Assembly: GCA_964384785.1 (NCBI GenBank)
Contig: CAYLLH010000049.1
Coordinates: forward strand, 1-62,774
Origin: an uncultured Thermoplasmatales archaeon
GTDB lineage: Archaea > Thermoplasmatota > E2 > DHVEG-1
DNA length: 62,774 nt
Reading direction: 5' to 3'
Position 1 is the first letter of the stretch, and the number at the start of each line of letters is the position of its first letter. The notes under the pieces are model-generated. The model was not told the origin of the DNA and did no database searches. It saw nothing but the letters and a program-made list of their open reading frames with translations. Below, one piece after another: positions 49,098 to 58,700 of the stretch. A program made the translations under genes and the position numbers.

Positions 49098-51488
49098 TTA
49101 GCCGATCTGAAGTGTCGGATCGCCTAATAGTATCATTTCTTCTACTGTTTTAGTATCTGATTGGCTCATTCTCGGTCCGAAGGTGTTTATGTAACTGTTT
49201 AGTGTTTGTGAGAATGTTTCACCAAGAACCTCTTTTCCTTCCTGGCTGTATTGTCTGAAAAACTCTGGCCAAAGCCATCCGCCGAGTCCTTCTGTTCCGT
49301 ATGCTCCTATGTAACCGTATCCAAGTCCAGCGGGTCCAAGTGTTGCTATTGTTCCACCGCCTTCTAATCTTGTTAGCCACCATCCGAGGCTTTCAAACAC
49401 CCATGTGCTTTGATATAGAGCGTTTTGTGTGTCTGTTAGAAGGTTTAAGAAGCTTACATCTAATTGTAATGGATGACAGCCACTTAAAGCCATTATTGGT
49501 AGTTTTTCTTTATTTGTCATATCGTTTAATGGTAGGCTGGGTATTAATCCATGACCTATGTCTATTGTCGTTAAACCGATTATATCTGAGTTGTGTCTTC
49601 CACCGGGTATGCCTGGGTAATGATCTGCCCAAACTAATGGGCTTGCATGCCCTGCTATATATACAAATCCTGCGCCGCTTGATAGATGATTTACTACATC
49701 TACTACACCATACACTGGGTCTGATGGTGTACCTGTAAAGGTGCCTTTAGAAGTCCATAGTTTGATTTTTTCGAAATTATTTGGCATGTAGTCGAGTGCT
49801 TTCTGTGTTGCCCATTCTCCTTCCATCCAAACATTTGATTGTTTTTCAACTGGGCCAAATACTGTTGTTCCAGATTCATCTGTTACCCATACTTTTATTG
49901 TTGTGTTTACTCCTTCTGATGGTTGTGGTTGAGGGTTGTATGATTTTCCCATTATATGCATAACTTTGCTGCGATATACTATCGGAGTCCATCTTTCTCC
50001 TAGATATGATCCTGGTGGTGAACTCTCATATACATCTTCGCTTCCAAGTATATTTCCTTCTGATGGAACTGTTATCTCTGCCACAGGTGGATGTGGATAA
50101 CTTAATCCTGTTGTTATATGATCTTCTTCTGAAAATGTTACAGAGGAGCTTTTACTATGATCAACAGTTACAGTTACCATGTTTTCTGGTCCTGTTTCCA
50201 TTTTTTCATTGGTGCTTTGTGCATGTATTGTGAACTCTCCATCTAGTCCCGTGGTGTCCCATTTTATATCTAGTTTAGGTTGATCTTGGAAGTCATCTCC
50301 GGATATTACATACATTTTATCAAACCAGTTTTTGTTTCCACTGTTTTCGTAGTTGATTATTTTGTTAACCATTGTTGTTATTTCACTAGTTTTTCTGCAT
50401 GCGAGTCTTCCCAGGTGTACATCGGGATAAAGATCTACTTGATCTAATTTGAAACCATACCATTCTCCATATTTTCCATTATCGTTAGTATCCCAACTAG
50501 CAAATTCATATGTTCCAGTGTCATCATCATAACTGTAGATGTCTGCATAATAAAGATCACTCACATAGCCAGGTTCAGCTCCATCATCTAGATGGACAAA
50601 TCTTGTTGGAATCTGTAAAGAAGGTTGATCAAACCCAAAAAATCCTCTATGTCCTCCTACAAGCATCACATATTCTATGCCGGTTTCCTCGATTTGTTCT
50701 TTAATATAATATTTTATTTTTTCAGCAAGATCTCTACCTTGACCACTTATGTCATCTACTGATACAAGATTGGTTGCTATTCCACGGTTTTCTTTATGGC
50801 TCACTAGTCTTTCAAGTTCACCGATGTATGCTGAACCCGAAATAATTAAAAGATCATAGAGGTCATCTGCTGTTTTAAAAGTCTCAATGTTGTCATAAAC
50901 TACATCTAAATCAATATCTTTAATATATTTCACTGTTTTATCAGAAGCGGAATATCTAACAGGGTAAATATTTACTGTAACAAAAGTAGTTCTTTCATTG
51001 TTTTCATTAAGACCAATATTTACTGAGTAATCATACCATTTTTCTGGATAAAAACCAGAGTATTCATATCCTGTAGTTTTTTGATCAACATTTGTTGTTT
51101 TACTTTTAGTTGTTGCTGTTGTATAAGGTTGCGGTTCTGGAGTTATTTCAACATGTTTTTCAACAGTTTTTGTTTCAACATCAGAATAGCTTAGTTTTAC
51201 ATTTTCTATTTTTGTTCCCATTGGAAACTCATATACCATTTTTTTAACTGGTAGTAATGGTTTTCCTTGTATTCCAATAGTTGATGATTCTGTATCCTCA
51301 AGTTTAATTGAGGTGTATTCTTCTTTTTCTATTATTTTTGGTTGACTGAAACTTATTTTTTTATTTAATGTTTCAAAATTTACAACATTATTCTCTGTGT
51401 TGGTATCATCAGCTTGAAGTATAGTACCAGCTGCGGTTATTAAAAATAGCATTGCAACTAGTACTACTAAAATTTTTTTTGCTTTCAT
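49098..51488 (-). CDS. secreted peptidase C25 (gingipain)-like cysteine protease-fold protein
   Basis: Signal peptide. YDLLIISGSAYIGELERLVSHKENRGIATNLVSVDDI resembles the C25 N-terminal subdomain. Candidate catalytic His (VYIAGHASPLVW) and Cys (IMALSGCHP). Confidence 0.55.
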   Translation of the reverse strand: MKAKKILVVLVAMLFLITAAGTILQADDTNTENNVVNFETLNKKISFSQPKIIEKEEYTSIKLEDTESSTIGIQGKPLLPVKKMVYEFPMGTKIENVKLSYSDVETKTVEKHVEITPEPQPYTTATTKSKTTNVDQKTTGYEYSGFYPEKWYDYSVNIGLNENNERTTFVTVNIYPVRYSASDKTVKYIKDIDLDVVYDNIETFKTADDLYDLLIISGSAYIGELERLVSHKENRGIATNLVSVDDISGQGRDLAEKIKYYIKEQIEETGIEYVMLVGGHRGFFGFDQPSLQIPTRFVHLDDGAEPGYVSDLYYADIYSYDDDTGTYEFASWDTNDNGKYGEWYGFKLDQVDLYPDVHLGRLACRKTSEITTMVNKIINYENSGNKNWFDKMYVISGDDFQDQPKLDIKWDTTGLDGEFTIHAQSTNEKMETGPENMVTVTVDHSKSSSVTFSEEDHITTGLSYPHPPVAEITVPSEGNILGSEDVYESSPPGSYLGERWTPIVYRSKVMHIMGKSYNPQPQPSEGVNTTIKVWVTDESGTTVFGPVEKQSNVWMEGEWATQKALDYMPNNFEKIKLWTSKGTFTGTPSDPVYGVVDVVNHLSSGAGFVYIAGHASPLVWADHYPGIPGGRHNSDIIGLTTIDIGHGLIPSLPLNDMTNKEKLPIMALSGCHPLQLDVSFLNLLTDTQNALYQSTWVFESLGWWLTRLEGGGTIATLGPAGLGYGYIGAYGTEGLGGWLWPEFFRQYSQEGKEVLGETFSQTLNSYINTFGPRMSQSDTKTVEEMILLGDPTLQIG

Positions 51489-51596
51489 TTACCTATACAC
51501 TCCCCATTTTTTTATATAGTTTAAAAAAGGAAATGAGTTAGTATCTATTTAAAGTTAACTTGTGTTAATTTATTTTTTTGTTTAAAAATACATAAA

Positions 51597-51720
51597 CCAA
51601 CAGAAGAAAAAAACACAAAAAATATTTCTGTTGGGCCAAGGGGGAGACCGGAGGTGGTGAGGAGAGGAGGTGAAAGGATGAGAAAAAAAATCTTTTTTTC
51701 TCTCCCCCTTACCAACAGAG
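51597..51720. other. orphan GC/purine-rich structured element (candidate ncRNA or cis-regulatory leader)
   Basis: TTCTGTTGG (51626..51634) can pair with CCAACAGAA (51597..51605) or with CCAACAGA (51712..51719). GGGGGAGA (51640..51647) pairs with TCTCCCCC (51701..51708). Inner hairpin GAGAAAAAAA/TTTTTTTCTC (51680..51702). Six GGA motifs. Confidence 0.45.
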
Positions 51721-51752
51721 GATTTAATACTATTTTTGTAAAAACTATTTAA
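51678..51752 (+). CDS. possible 24-codon small ORF (MRKKIFFSLPLTNRGFNTIFVKTI) behind a perfect SD
   Basis: AGGAGGTGA (51665..51673) ends 4 nt before the ATG. A second GGAGGTG lies at 51650..51656. TATA-like TTTAAAAATA about 85 nt upstream. No homology evidence. Confidence 0.25.
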   Translation: MRKKIFFSLPLTNRGFNTIFVKTI

Positions 51753-51808
51753 AAGCCTTTATTGTACAAACATTATCATGTTTCTTTACAGTTCTAAACC
51801 AAAAAAAT

Positions 51809-52963
51809 TTAAAGGATTTCCAACAGGCCTTTATTCAGTCTTTCAACTCCTTTTTTTGCATCCTCTGAAGTTAAATTACCATAAGAAATCCTAATGGCTG
51901 GTTTAATAGAACCAAAAACACAACCAGGTATAGTAATAACTCGGTATTTTTCAATAAGTTTTTTTGAGATATCCCATGATTTTTTATTTGTATCAAGTTT
52001 CAATAAAAAATAGAATCCTCCATATGTCACAGGAAAATCAATTTTAGGGTTTTCTTTAAGATTTTTAATAAAAATATTTCTTGTTTCCTTAATTTGTTCT
52101 AGAAACTGTTCAGGATAATCTATATTGTTTTTCAATGCCTCTAATGCAGCAACTTGTGAAATTGTAGATGGACATATACTTGTTGTATCCTGAATTTTAA
52201 GAATCTCATCTTTTATTTCTTCAGGAAAAACCATGTAACCTACTCTGAAACCAGCCATACCAAAAGTTTTAGAAAAAGAAAAAATTGAGATTGTAAACTT
52301 GTTTTTTTTATGAAAGGATGCTGGACTCACATGTTTTTTATTGTTATATGTAAAGTTTTCATAGGCTTCATCTGAGATATGAAAGATTTCTTTCTCCTGG
52401 CAGAAATCATTTATTTTTTTAAGATTCTCTTTGGAGTATACTGCTCCTGTAGGATTGTTTGGTGAAACCGTTATTATTGCTCTTGTTTTTTTGTTATATT
52501 TTTTAAAAATTTCTTTTATATCTGGTTGATAATTTTCTTTTGTAGGCACCGTTACTGGTTTACATTCTGCTAGTTGTATAGCCATTTTTTGATTAAAATA
52601 ATAGGGTGAAAGTAGTATTATTTCATCTTGGGGTTTAGTAATTGCCATTATAGCGTTTACAAATGCTTGGTTTCCACCAGATGTTACTATTATGTTTTTT
52701 TCTGGATCTGCTTTTATATTGTTTTGTTTCAGTAGTTTTTTTGAGATGGTTTCTCGTAGATCAAAGGTTCCAGCGTCTGGTGTATAGTTGTTTAGTTTTT
52801 CTGTTTTTAGTTTTTTTATTACTGTTTTGATAACGTTTTTTGGTGGTTTAAAAAATGGTGTTCCTTGACCCAAATTTATTGTGTTTTCTGGGACGTTTGT
52901 TTCATCTAATAGTTTCTGTATTGGTGCATTTTGTATTTTTTCTGTTCGAGATTTTATATACAT
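51809..52963 (-). CDS. class I/II PLP-dependent aminotransferase (aspartate/aromatic aminotransferase-like)
   Basis: SPNNPTG, DEAYE, PLP-lysine SFSKTFGMAGFRVGY, IRISY near the C-terminus. Confidence 0.85.
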   Translation of the reverse strand: MYIKSRTEKIQNAPIQKLLDETNVPENTINLGQGTPFFKPPKNVIKTVIKKLKTEKLNNYTPDAGTFDLRETISKKLLKQNNIKADPEKNIIVTSGGNQAFVNAIMAITKPQDEIILLSPYYFNQKMAIQLAECKPVTVPTKENYQPDIKEIFKKYNKKTRAIITVSPNNPTGAVYSKENLKKINDFCQEKEIFHISDEAYENFTYNNKKHVSPASFHKKNKFTISIFSFSKTFGMAGFRVGYMVFPEEIKDEILKIQDTTSICPSTISQVAALEALKNNIDYPEQFLEQIKETRNIFIKNLKENPKIDFPVTYGGFYFLLKLDTNKKSWDISKKLIEKYRVITIPGCVFGSIKPAIRISYGNLTSEDAKKGVERLNKGLLEIL

Positions 52964-53118
52964 TTTTTTCCTGTCGTTTTTTTGGATTTAGATTTCTTTT
53001 ATTAATCTTTTCGTTATTTAAAAATGCTTAATTTATAAAATTTTATAGATAAAACTTAAATATTCCATAAAACTTATAAATTGTTATCAAAAAAATAATT
53101 GTTAGGTTTCAAAAAAAT

Positions 53119-53961
53119 ATGGAATATAAAAAATCTAGTAAAATTATCGCTTTTCTAAAGATACTGCGTCCAGAAATAACAATTTTAGGAATATTCTGTG
53201 TTTACATTGGAGCAATAGCAGCTGGTTCAGAATTATTCTCATTAGATTTACTTATCGCTATGATTTCTGTTTTTCTCATAGGAGCTGCTAGCATGCCTTT
53301 TAACGATTATTTTGATTATGAAATAGATAAAACTATTCATCCCAATAGGCCTCTGCCTAAAGGCATCTTAAAACCATCAACAGCTTTTTGGTCTTCTGTA
53401 ACTATGTTTGTTATAGCTTTATTCTTATCAACATTTGTTAATCTTATGGTTTTTTTATTCACCGTTATAGGGGTAACTTTGGTTGTTCTATATGAAATAA
53501 TTTCAAAAAGTAGAGGTTTTATAGGAAATTTTTTTGTTTCATTAACAAGTGCTTTAGCTTTTACAGTAGGTGGAGCTGTTATGGAAAATTTGGAAAAACC
53601 ATTGTTTTTTACAACTATTGCTTTTTTTATTTTTCTTTCTCGTGAGATACTAATGGATGTTAGAGATATTGAAGGAGATCGTCAAACTCGTGTTACTCTA
53701 CCAGTTTTAATCGGTAGAAAAAAAGCATGTTATGTTGCTTGTTTTATACTTGGTTTTACTATGTTTTTTATTTATATTCCAGGGTTTCTTATTTTTTCAA
53801 ATGTATGGTATCTATTTTTGAGTCTGCCGTTGTTATTTTTAACGGTTTATGCTCTTGCTCTTCCATTATTAGATATTGAAAATGCTGCTCGGACTACAGA
53901 TTTACTTCGTTTTTCTATGATGCAGGGTATTATTTTGTTTTTTTTTGTAGTATTTGTTTAA
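53119..53961 (+). CDS. UbiA-family prenyltransferase, probable digeranylgeranylglyceryl phosphate synthase
   Basis: Canonical first motif NDYFDYEIDK and second motif DVRDIEGDRQTRVTLP; 280 aa, about 8 TM. Confidence 0.7.
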   Translation: MEYKKSSKIIAFLKILRPEITILGIFCVYIGAIAAGSELFSLDLLIAMISVFLIGAASMPFNDYFDYEIDKTIHPNRPLPKGILKPSTAFWSSVTMFVIALFLSTFVNLMVFLFTVIGVTLVVLYEIISKSRGFIGNFFVSLTSALAFTVGGAVMENLEKPLFFTTIAFFIFLSREILMDVRDIEGDRQTRVTLPVLIGRKKACYVACFILGFTMFFIYIPGFLIFSNVWYLFLSLPLLFLTVYALALPLLDIENAARTTDLLRFSMMQGIILFFFVVFV

Positions 53962-53982
53962 GACAATTTAATAAAAAAATTT

Positions 53983-54177
53983 TTATTTTTTTTCTTCCAT
54001 TTTTAGTTTTTCTAAATCTTTTTCAAGACCATCTAAATTATCCCATATGGCCATTAGATGAATGTTGTCCATAAATTTTCTGTTTTGTCTTTCTATTTTG
54101 TTTACTCCATATCTTATGGCGTCTATTAGGTCTTTTATTTCTTCTTTGCTTAATTTATCTTTTTTTTCTGATCCCAT
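53983..54177 (-). CDS. hypothetical small helical protein
   Basis: 64-aa Lys/Glu-rich ORF. No motif. Confidence 0.3.
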   Translation of the reverse strand: MGSEKKDKLSKEEIKDLIDAIRYGVNKIERQNRKFMDNIHLMAIWDNLDGLEKDLEKLKMEEKK

Positions 54178-54321
54178 CTTATTTTTTGTTTAATCTTTTT
54201 GTTTGTTATAAATTTTTTTATAAAAACTAATTTTTTTATAATATGTTATACTGTAATCTTTACATCTTTATTTAATAAAGTTTCTTAGTTAAATAAAAAA
54301 GTTTTATGGTTAAATTTTTTT

Positions 54322-54849
54322 TTATTGTTCTTTGTTTTTCTGATTATCTGCTACTTTTTTCATCAGGTAATCACGTATTTCCTTGGGTTTTGTGCTTTCA
54401 ATTCCAAAATATTCTGGGAATTTTTTAGTTGTAGTAAGCATCTCGGTATTACGATGTTTTTTAGAATTAACTAGTTTCATAGAAGTTAATTGATCTACAT
54501 GTTCATAGGCTTTGTTTCCTATCATACGTTGAAGGTTACTTTGTTTAACGGGTTGATGAAACGCAATCAATGTCAGTGTTTTAAGAATATTTTCATTTAT
54601 TTCTGGATCGGCTACCATCATAGTTTTATCAGCGTATTCTTCTTTTAATTGCATTGTGTATTTCCGTCCGGCTTTTGTTATCTCCATGGAGGTATCCTTT
54701 TTTTCGTTGTAATCCTTTATTAATTCTTTTAGGTTTTTTCTAACAGTTTTAGATGTAAGCCCTGTGTTTTCCACTATTTCTTTTACACTAACTGGGCTAG
54801 TGGCTTGGAAGAGAACTGATTCAACTAGACGTTTTCCATTTGTTCCCAT
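54322..54849 (-). CDS. scpB: segregation and condensation protein B (ScpB)
   Basis: VESVLFQATSPVSVKEI N-terminus and tandem winged-helix layout (LTLIAFHQPVKQSNLQRMIG). Downstream of scpA. Confidence 0.8.
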   Translation of the reverse strand: MGTNGKRLVESVLFQATSPVSVKEIVENTGLTSKTVRKNLKELIKDYNEKKDTSMEITKAGRKYTMQLKEEYADKTMMVADPEINENILKTLTLIAFHQPVKQSNLQRMIGNKAYEHVDQLTSMKLVNSKKHRNTEMLTTTKKFPEYFGIESTKPKEIRDYLMKKVADNQKNKEQ

Positions 54850-54887
54850 AATTTTTTTTAATCCCTTTCCCTAAAAAACCTTTTTTT

Positions 54888-55778
54888 TTAACTATATCCG
54901 TTGTTCTTGATAAATATTTTTCCATATGGAAATTTTCTCTGATATACTGTTATTTTGTTATCATTTGAAAGGAATAATATTGATAAAAGCACTCGGATTA
55001 TTTCTTCTCTTTTTTTGTTTTCACATAAATCAGATAGTGTCATTATTTTTTTTCCTTTGTTTTGAATTCTATTCCATACTTGTTCTACATCATCCTCAAT
55101 AGGGTCTTCATGAGCGGTATCATTCATTCTTTTTCTTGCTTTTTCAGCAAGTCGTTGTTGTGCTTTCCTTCTTTGTTCCTCTATTATTTTTCTATCCTCA
55201 GATTCCTTTCGTGCTTCATCAAAGGCGTCCAGTAGTTCAATAAGTGTTACTTTTCTTTGTGTTTCACGTCGGATTGGTTTCTCAATTGGTGACTCGGGTG
55301 ATTTCATCACAAGATTTGTATACGAGTATGCATCATCCTCATTTAGCCACATTTCACTTGGCAAATCTGCCCAATCAAATGGTTCATAGCCTTCTTCCTC
55401 CTGGTTTTCCATGTTTAAAACCAGATCATCACTCTGCATCTTTAGTATACGCCAGGCCATCAAAATTATTCTTCCAGCAGTTATCAGATCTATTTCTTCT
55501 TTACCTGCTCTATTAAGATACATTGTGGAAAAATTTACAAGATCTATCTCCCAAGGGTTCAGATGCTGCTGCATCACAAGTTCAAAAGCTATAGCTATAG
55601 ATCTATCAAACGGGTTTTCTATTGAAACATATTCACCAGTATTGGTTTTTTTTAGCATTTCAACATAATGATTAATCCTTGTTCCATCTGTTTCTTCATC
55701 TATTATAGATTTATGGAAAAGAAGATGATTTATAACATCATTATCTACTTCTATATCTTTATTGTTAATTGGCTGCAC
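54888..55778 (-). CDS. scpA: segregation and condensation protein A (ScpA kleisin)
   Basis: PFDRSIAIAFELVMQQHLNPWEIDLVNF N-terminal kleisin motif. C-terminal winged helix (ILVLSILFL..NDNKITVYQ). The start overlaps the smc stop by 14 nt. Confidence 0.8.
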   Translation of the reverse strand: MQPINNKDIEVDNDVINHLLFHKSIIDEETDGTRINHYVEMLKKTNTGEYVSIENPFDRSIAIAFELVMQQHLNPWEIDLVNFSTMYLNRAGKEEIDLITAGRIILMAWRILKMQSDDLVLNMENQEEEGYEPFDWADLPSEMWLNEDDAYSYTNLVMKSPESPIEKPIRRETQRKVTLIELLDAFDEARKESEDRKIIEEQRRKAQQRLAEKARKRMNDTAHEDPIEDDVEQVWNRIQNKGKKIMTLSDLCENKKREEIIRVLLSILFLSNDNKITVYQRKFPYGKIFIKNNGYS

Positions 55779-58700
55779 TTGCTTTCACCTTTTGTTTAAT
55801 ATGTAACTCACCCTTTGGTCCAACAGATTTAGGATCAACATTTCCTATCATATCTGATACACCATTATCCCGCATAGTAACACCATAAACATAGTTAGCT
55901 TCTTTTAAAGCAATTTTACGCAAGCTAACCATTATAAACTGTGAATCCTCAGCATTTAATTTAACCATACGGCTTACTGTTTCAGCATTAACTCCATCTA
56001 GAAACATATCTACTTCATCAAGAACATAAAATGGACTTGGATCAAATTGCTGTATTGCAAAAATAAATGCAAGAGATGCTATACTTTTCTCTCCACCAGA
56101 TAATGCTGATAGAAGAAGTACTTTTTTTCCACGAGGACGAGCCTTTATAGTAAGTCCGCTTTCAAAAACATTATCCTGGTCTTCTAGTTTAAGCTCTGCT
56201 TCACCGCCTTCTGATAGCTGACCATATATTTTTTTAAGATTTTTGTTTATAGCATCATATACTTCGAAGAATTTTTCTTTCTTTTTCTCAGTTATCTCTG
56301 AAACAAGTGTCACAAGGTTTTTTCGTTGATCTTTAAGGTGTTTTATATCCTCATCAAGTTTGTTTTTACGTTCCACTTGATGATTATATTCATCAAGTGC
56401 TCGCATGTTAACAGGTTCCAGCTCGCTCATAGTACTCTCAATTGTTCGAACAGAATCCTTAAGGGATTCAACATTTGGAAGTTTAACCTCTTCTTCTAGT
56501 TTTACATCATACAGTTTGAGTTCCTGATCAAGTTCATCAACAGATGATTCTAATGTTGGAAGACGATATTTAGCTCGTGAGATAAGATCATAATATGATT
56601 CAATACGGGTGTTAACACTATCGATCTGGTTTTCTAATGAAACAGTTTTTTTGTAAAGACTATCACGTTTATTAGTAAAATCTTTGATTTTACCTGTCAT
56701 TTTTTGTTCTACATTCATCAAAGTCTTTAGTTCATCATGATACATATCTCGTTCTTTTTTTAGAGTGGTTATATTGTTTTTATGTTCAGTTATTTTTTCT
56801 TCTGTTTCACTAATTTCTTTTTGTATTTCCTCATTTTTTTCACTTAATAGTTCTATTTTTTTCTTAAAAGTTTCAATATTGCTATCTAAACTGTTTATTT
56901 CATCATGAAGATTGTTTACTTCTTCTTCAAATCCTCTGGCTTTCTGAGCAAGTTCTTTTTTAGTACCCTTTAATAGAAGTTTACCTTTTTCTTCTTTAAG
57001 ATTATTCAGTTCTTCAAGTCGTTTTTTTGTTTCATCTATTTCAGATAAAACATTGTTCTTTTTTTCAACTAAAATAGTTTTTTCATTGTTTTTCTCATCG
57101 AGTTCTTTTTTAACTATCTCTATTTTTTTCTCAAATTCTTTTTTACGTACATCTAAATCTTTTAGTGTGTTTTCTTTTCCATCTATATTCTGACTGCTTA
57201 ACTCGTTTTCAAGATTAGTGATTTCTGTTTTTATTTCTTTTAGTTTTTCAGAGAGTTCATCCTGATGATGCATTGCTTTTTCTAGTTCTTCAGATATACG
57301 CAAGAGTTTTCCTTTGTCTTTTTTACTAAAACTTAGACTATGACGTGGTTTACTACCACCACGCATCGCGCCACTGCTTTCTACAAGGCTTCCTTTAAGA
57401 TCCACTAGTCTTACTCCACCCATTAGACGACGTGCATCATCAAGGCTTTCAACTACAACGGTGTCACCAAAAACATACCAAAAAGCGCCTTTATGTTCTT
57501 CTTTGAAATCCACGAGATCAAAAGCAAAACCAACAGATTTTTCATCTTTTACAGCCATCAAAGCATTACCACGGGGTTTACCCGAATGCATCTTGTTAAG
57601 CGGAAGGAAAGTAGCTCGACCCATGTGTTTACTCTGCAAATACTTTATAGCTTTTGCTGCTACACTATCATCATCAACTACAATAGATTGCATCCGTCCA
57701 CCTGCTGCGATTTCTACAGCAGTCTGAAATTTTTTTTCAACATTAGCAAGTTCAGCGATTGTTCCATGAACACCAAGGAGTTCTCCCATATCCCGGAGTT
57801 TAAGTATTTCATTTACTGCTCGGTTGTAACTCTGATTTACTCGTTCCGCTGCTTCAAACTCAGCTTGAAGCTTTGATTTCTCACGTTGCAATCTACGTAT
57901 ACTGTTTTCGATATCGGAAAGCTGCTCGGTTAGATTTGCTTGTTCCTTTTTTTTCTCAAAAAGCTCTTTTTCTAGTTTTTTGGTTTTTTTACTATGTTCA
58001 CCGTGTTCTTTTTTAAACTCTGTTTTCTGCCATTCTATATCTTTTAGTTCAAACTCATAAGTTTTAAAAGATTCTTCAAGTTCTGCTATTTGAACCTCAA
58101 GTGCTTCTATTTTATCAGTGAAACGATTACGTTTAAGTTTAAGTTCATGAACAAGACTGTTTTTTTCATCATGTTCTTTTCTCATTTTCGCTAGTTCATG
58201 TGAGAGATCCATTGATTTATCATCAGTTTGAGCGATATTTTCCTTAATTGATTTCAGCTCAATGTTTTTTTCTTCAAAAACCTTTTTTTTCTCCATGATT
58301 TTTGTTTCAAGTTTTTGTTTCTGTTCATCAAGCTGTGTTATTTCTTCTTTTACTTCATCTGTTCTATGTGTTAAACTTTTATTTTTTTGTTTAAGACTCC
58401 GTATTTCGTTATTTGAAAAATTTATTCTTTCCTCTATTTTTATTTCTTCACCACGGATGTTTTCTATTTTTTCTTTGATTTCTTTTACTTCATCTCCGCC
58501 GACATCCGCGATTTTTTCTTCTATTTCATCTAGTTCTTTTTGAAAACTATGATATTGTTCTTTAAGCTCACGGCTTTTTTCATCCAAACTGTTTTTTTCT
58601 TTTTCATATGATTCTATCTGTTTTTGAACTTCAGAGATCTGGGTTTGTACATCCTGTTTTTTCTTTGTTGCAATTTTTGCTTTTACTTCATAAAGTTGAT

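Noticed and set aside
51626-51720. Calling the GC-rich hairpin element a tRNA, H/ACA sRNA or C/D-box sRNA
   Set aside because: There is no cloverleaf. The internal loops (5 and 3 nt) are too small for a pseudouridylation pocket, and the only ACA lies inside the basal stem rather than 3' of it. No RUGAUGA/CUGA box pair exists on either strand (GGAUGAG is not a C box). It is kept as an unclassified structured element.
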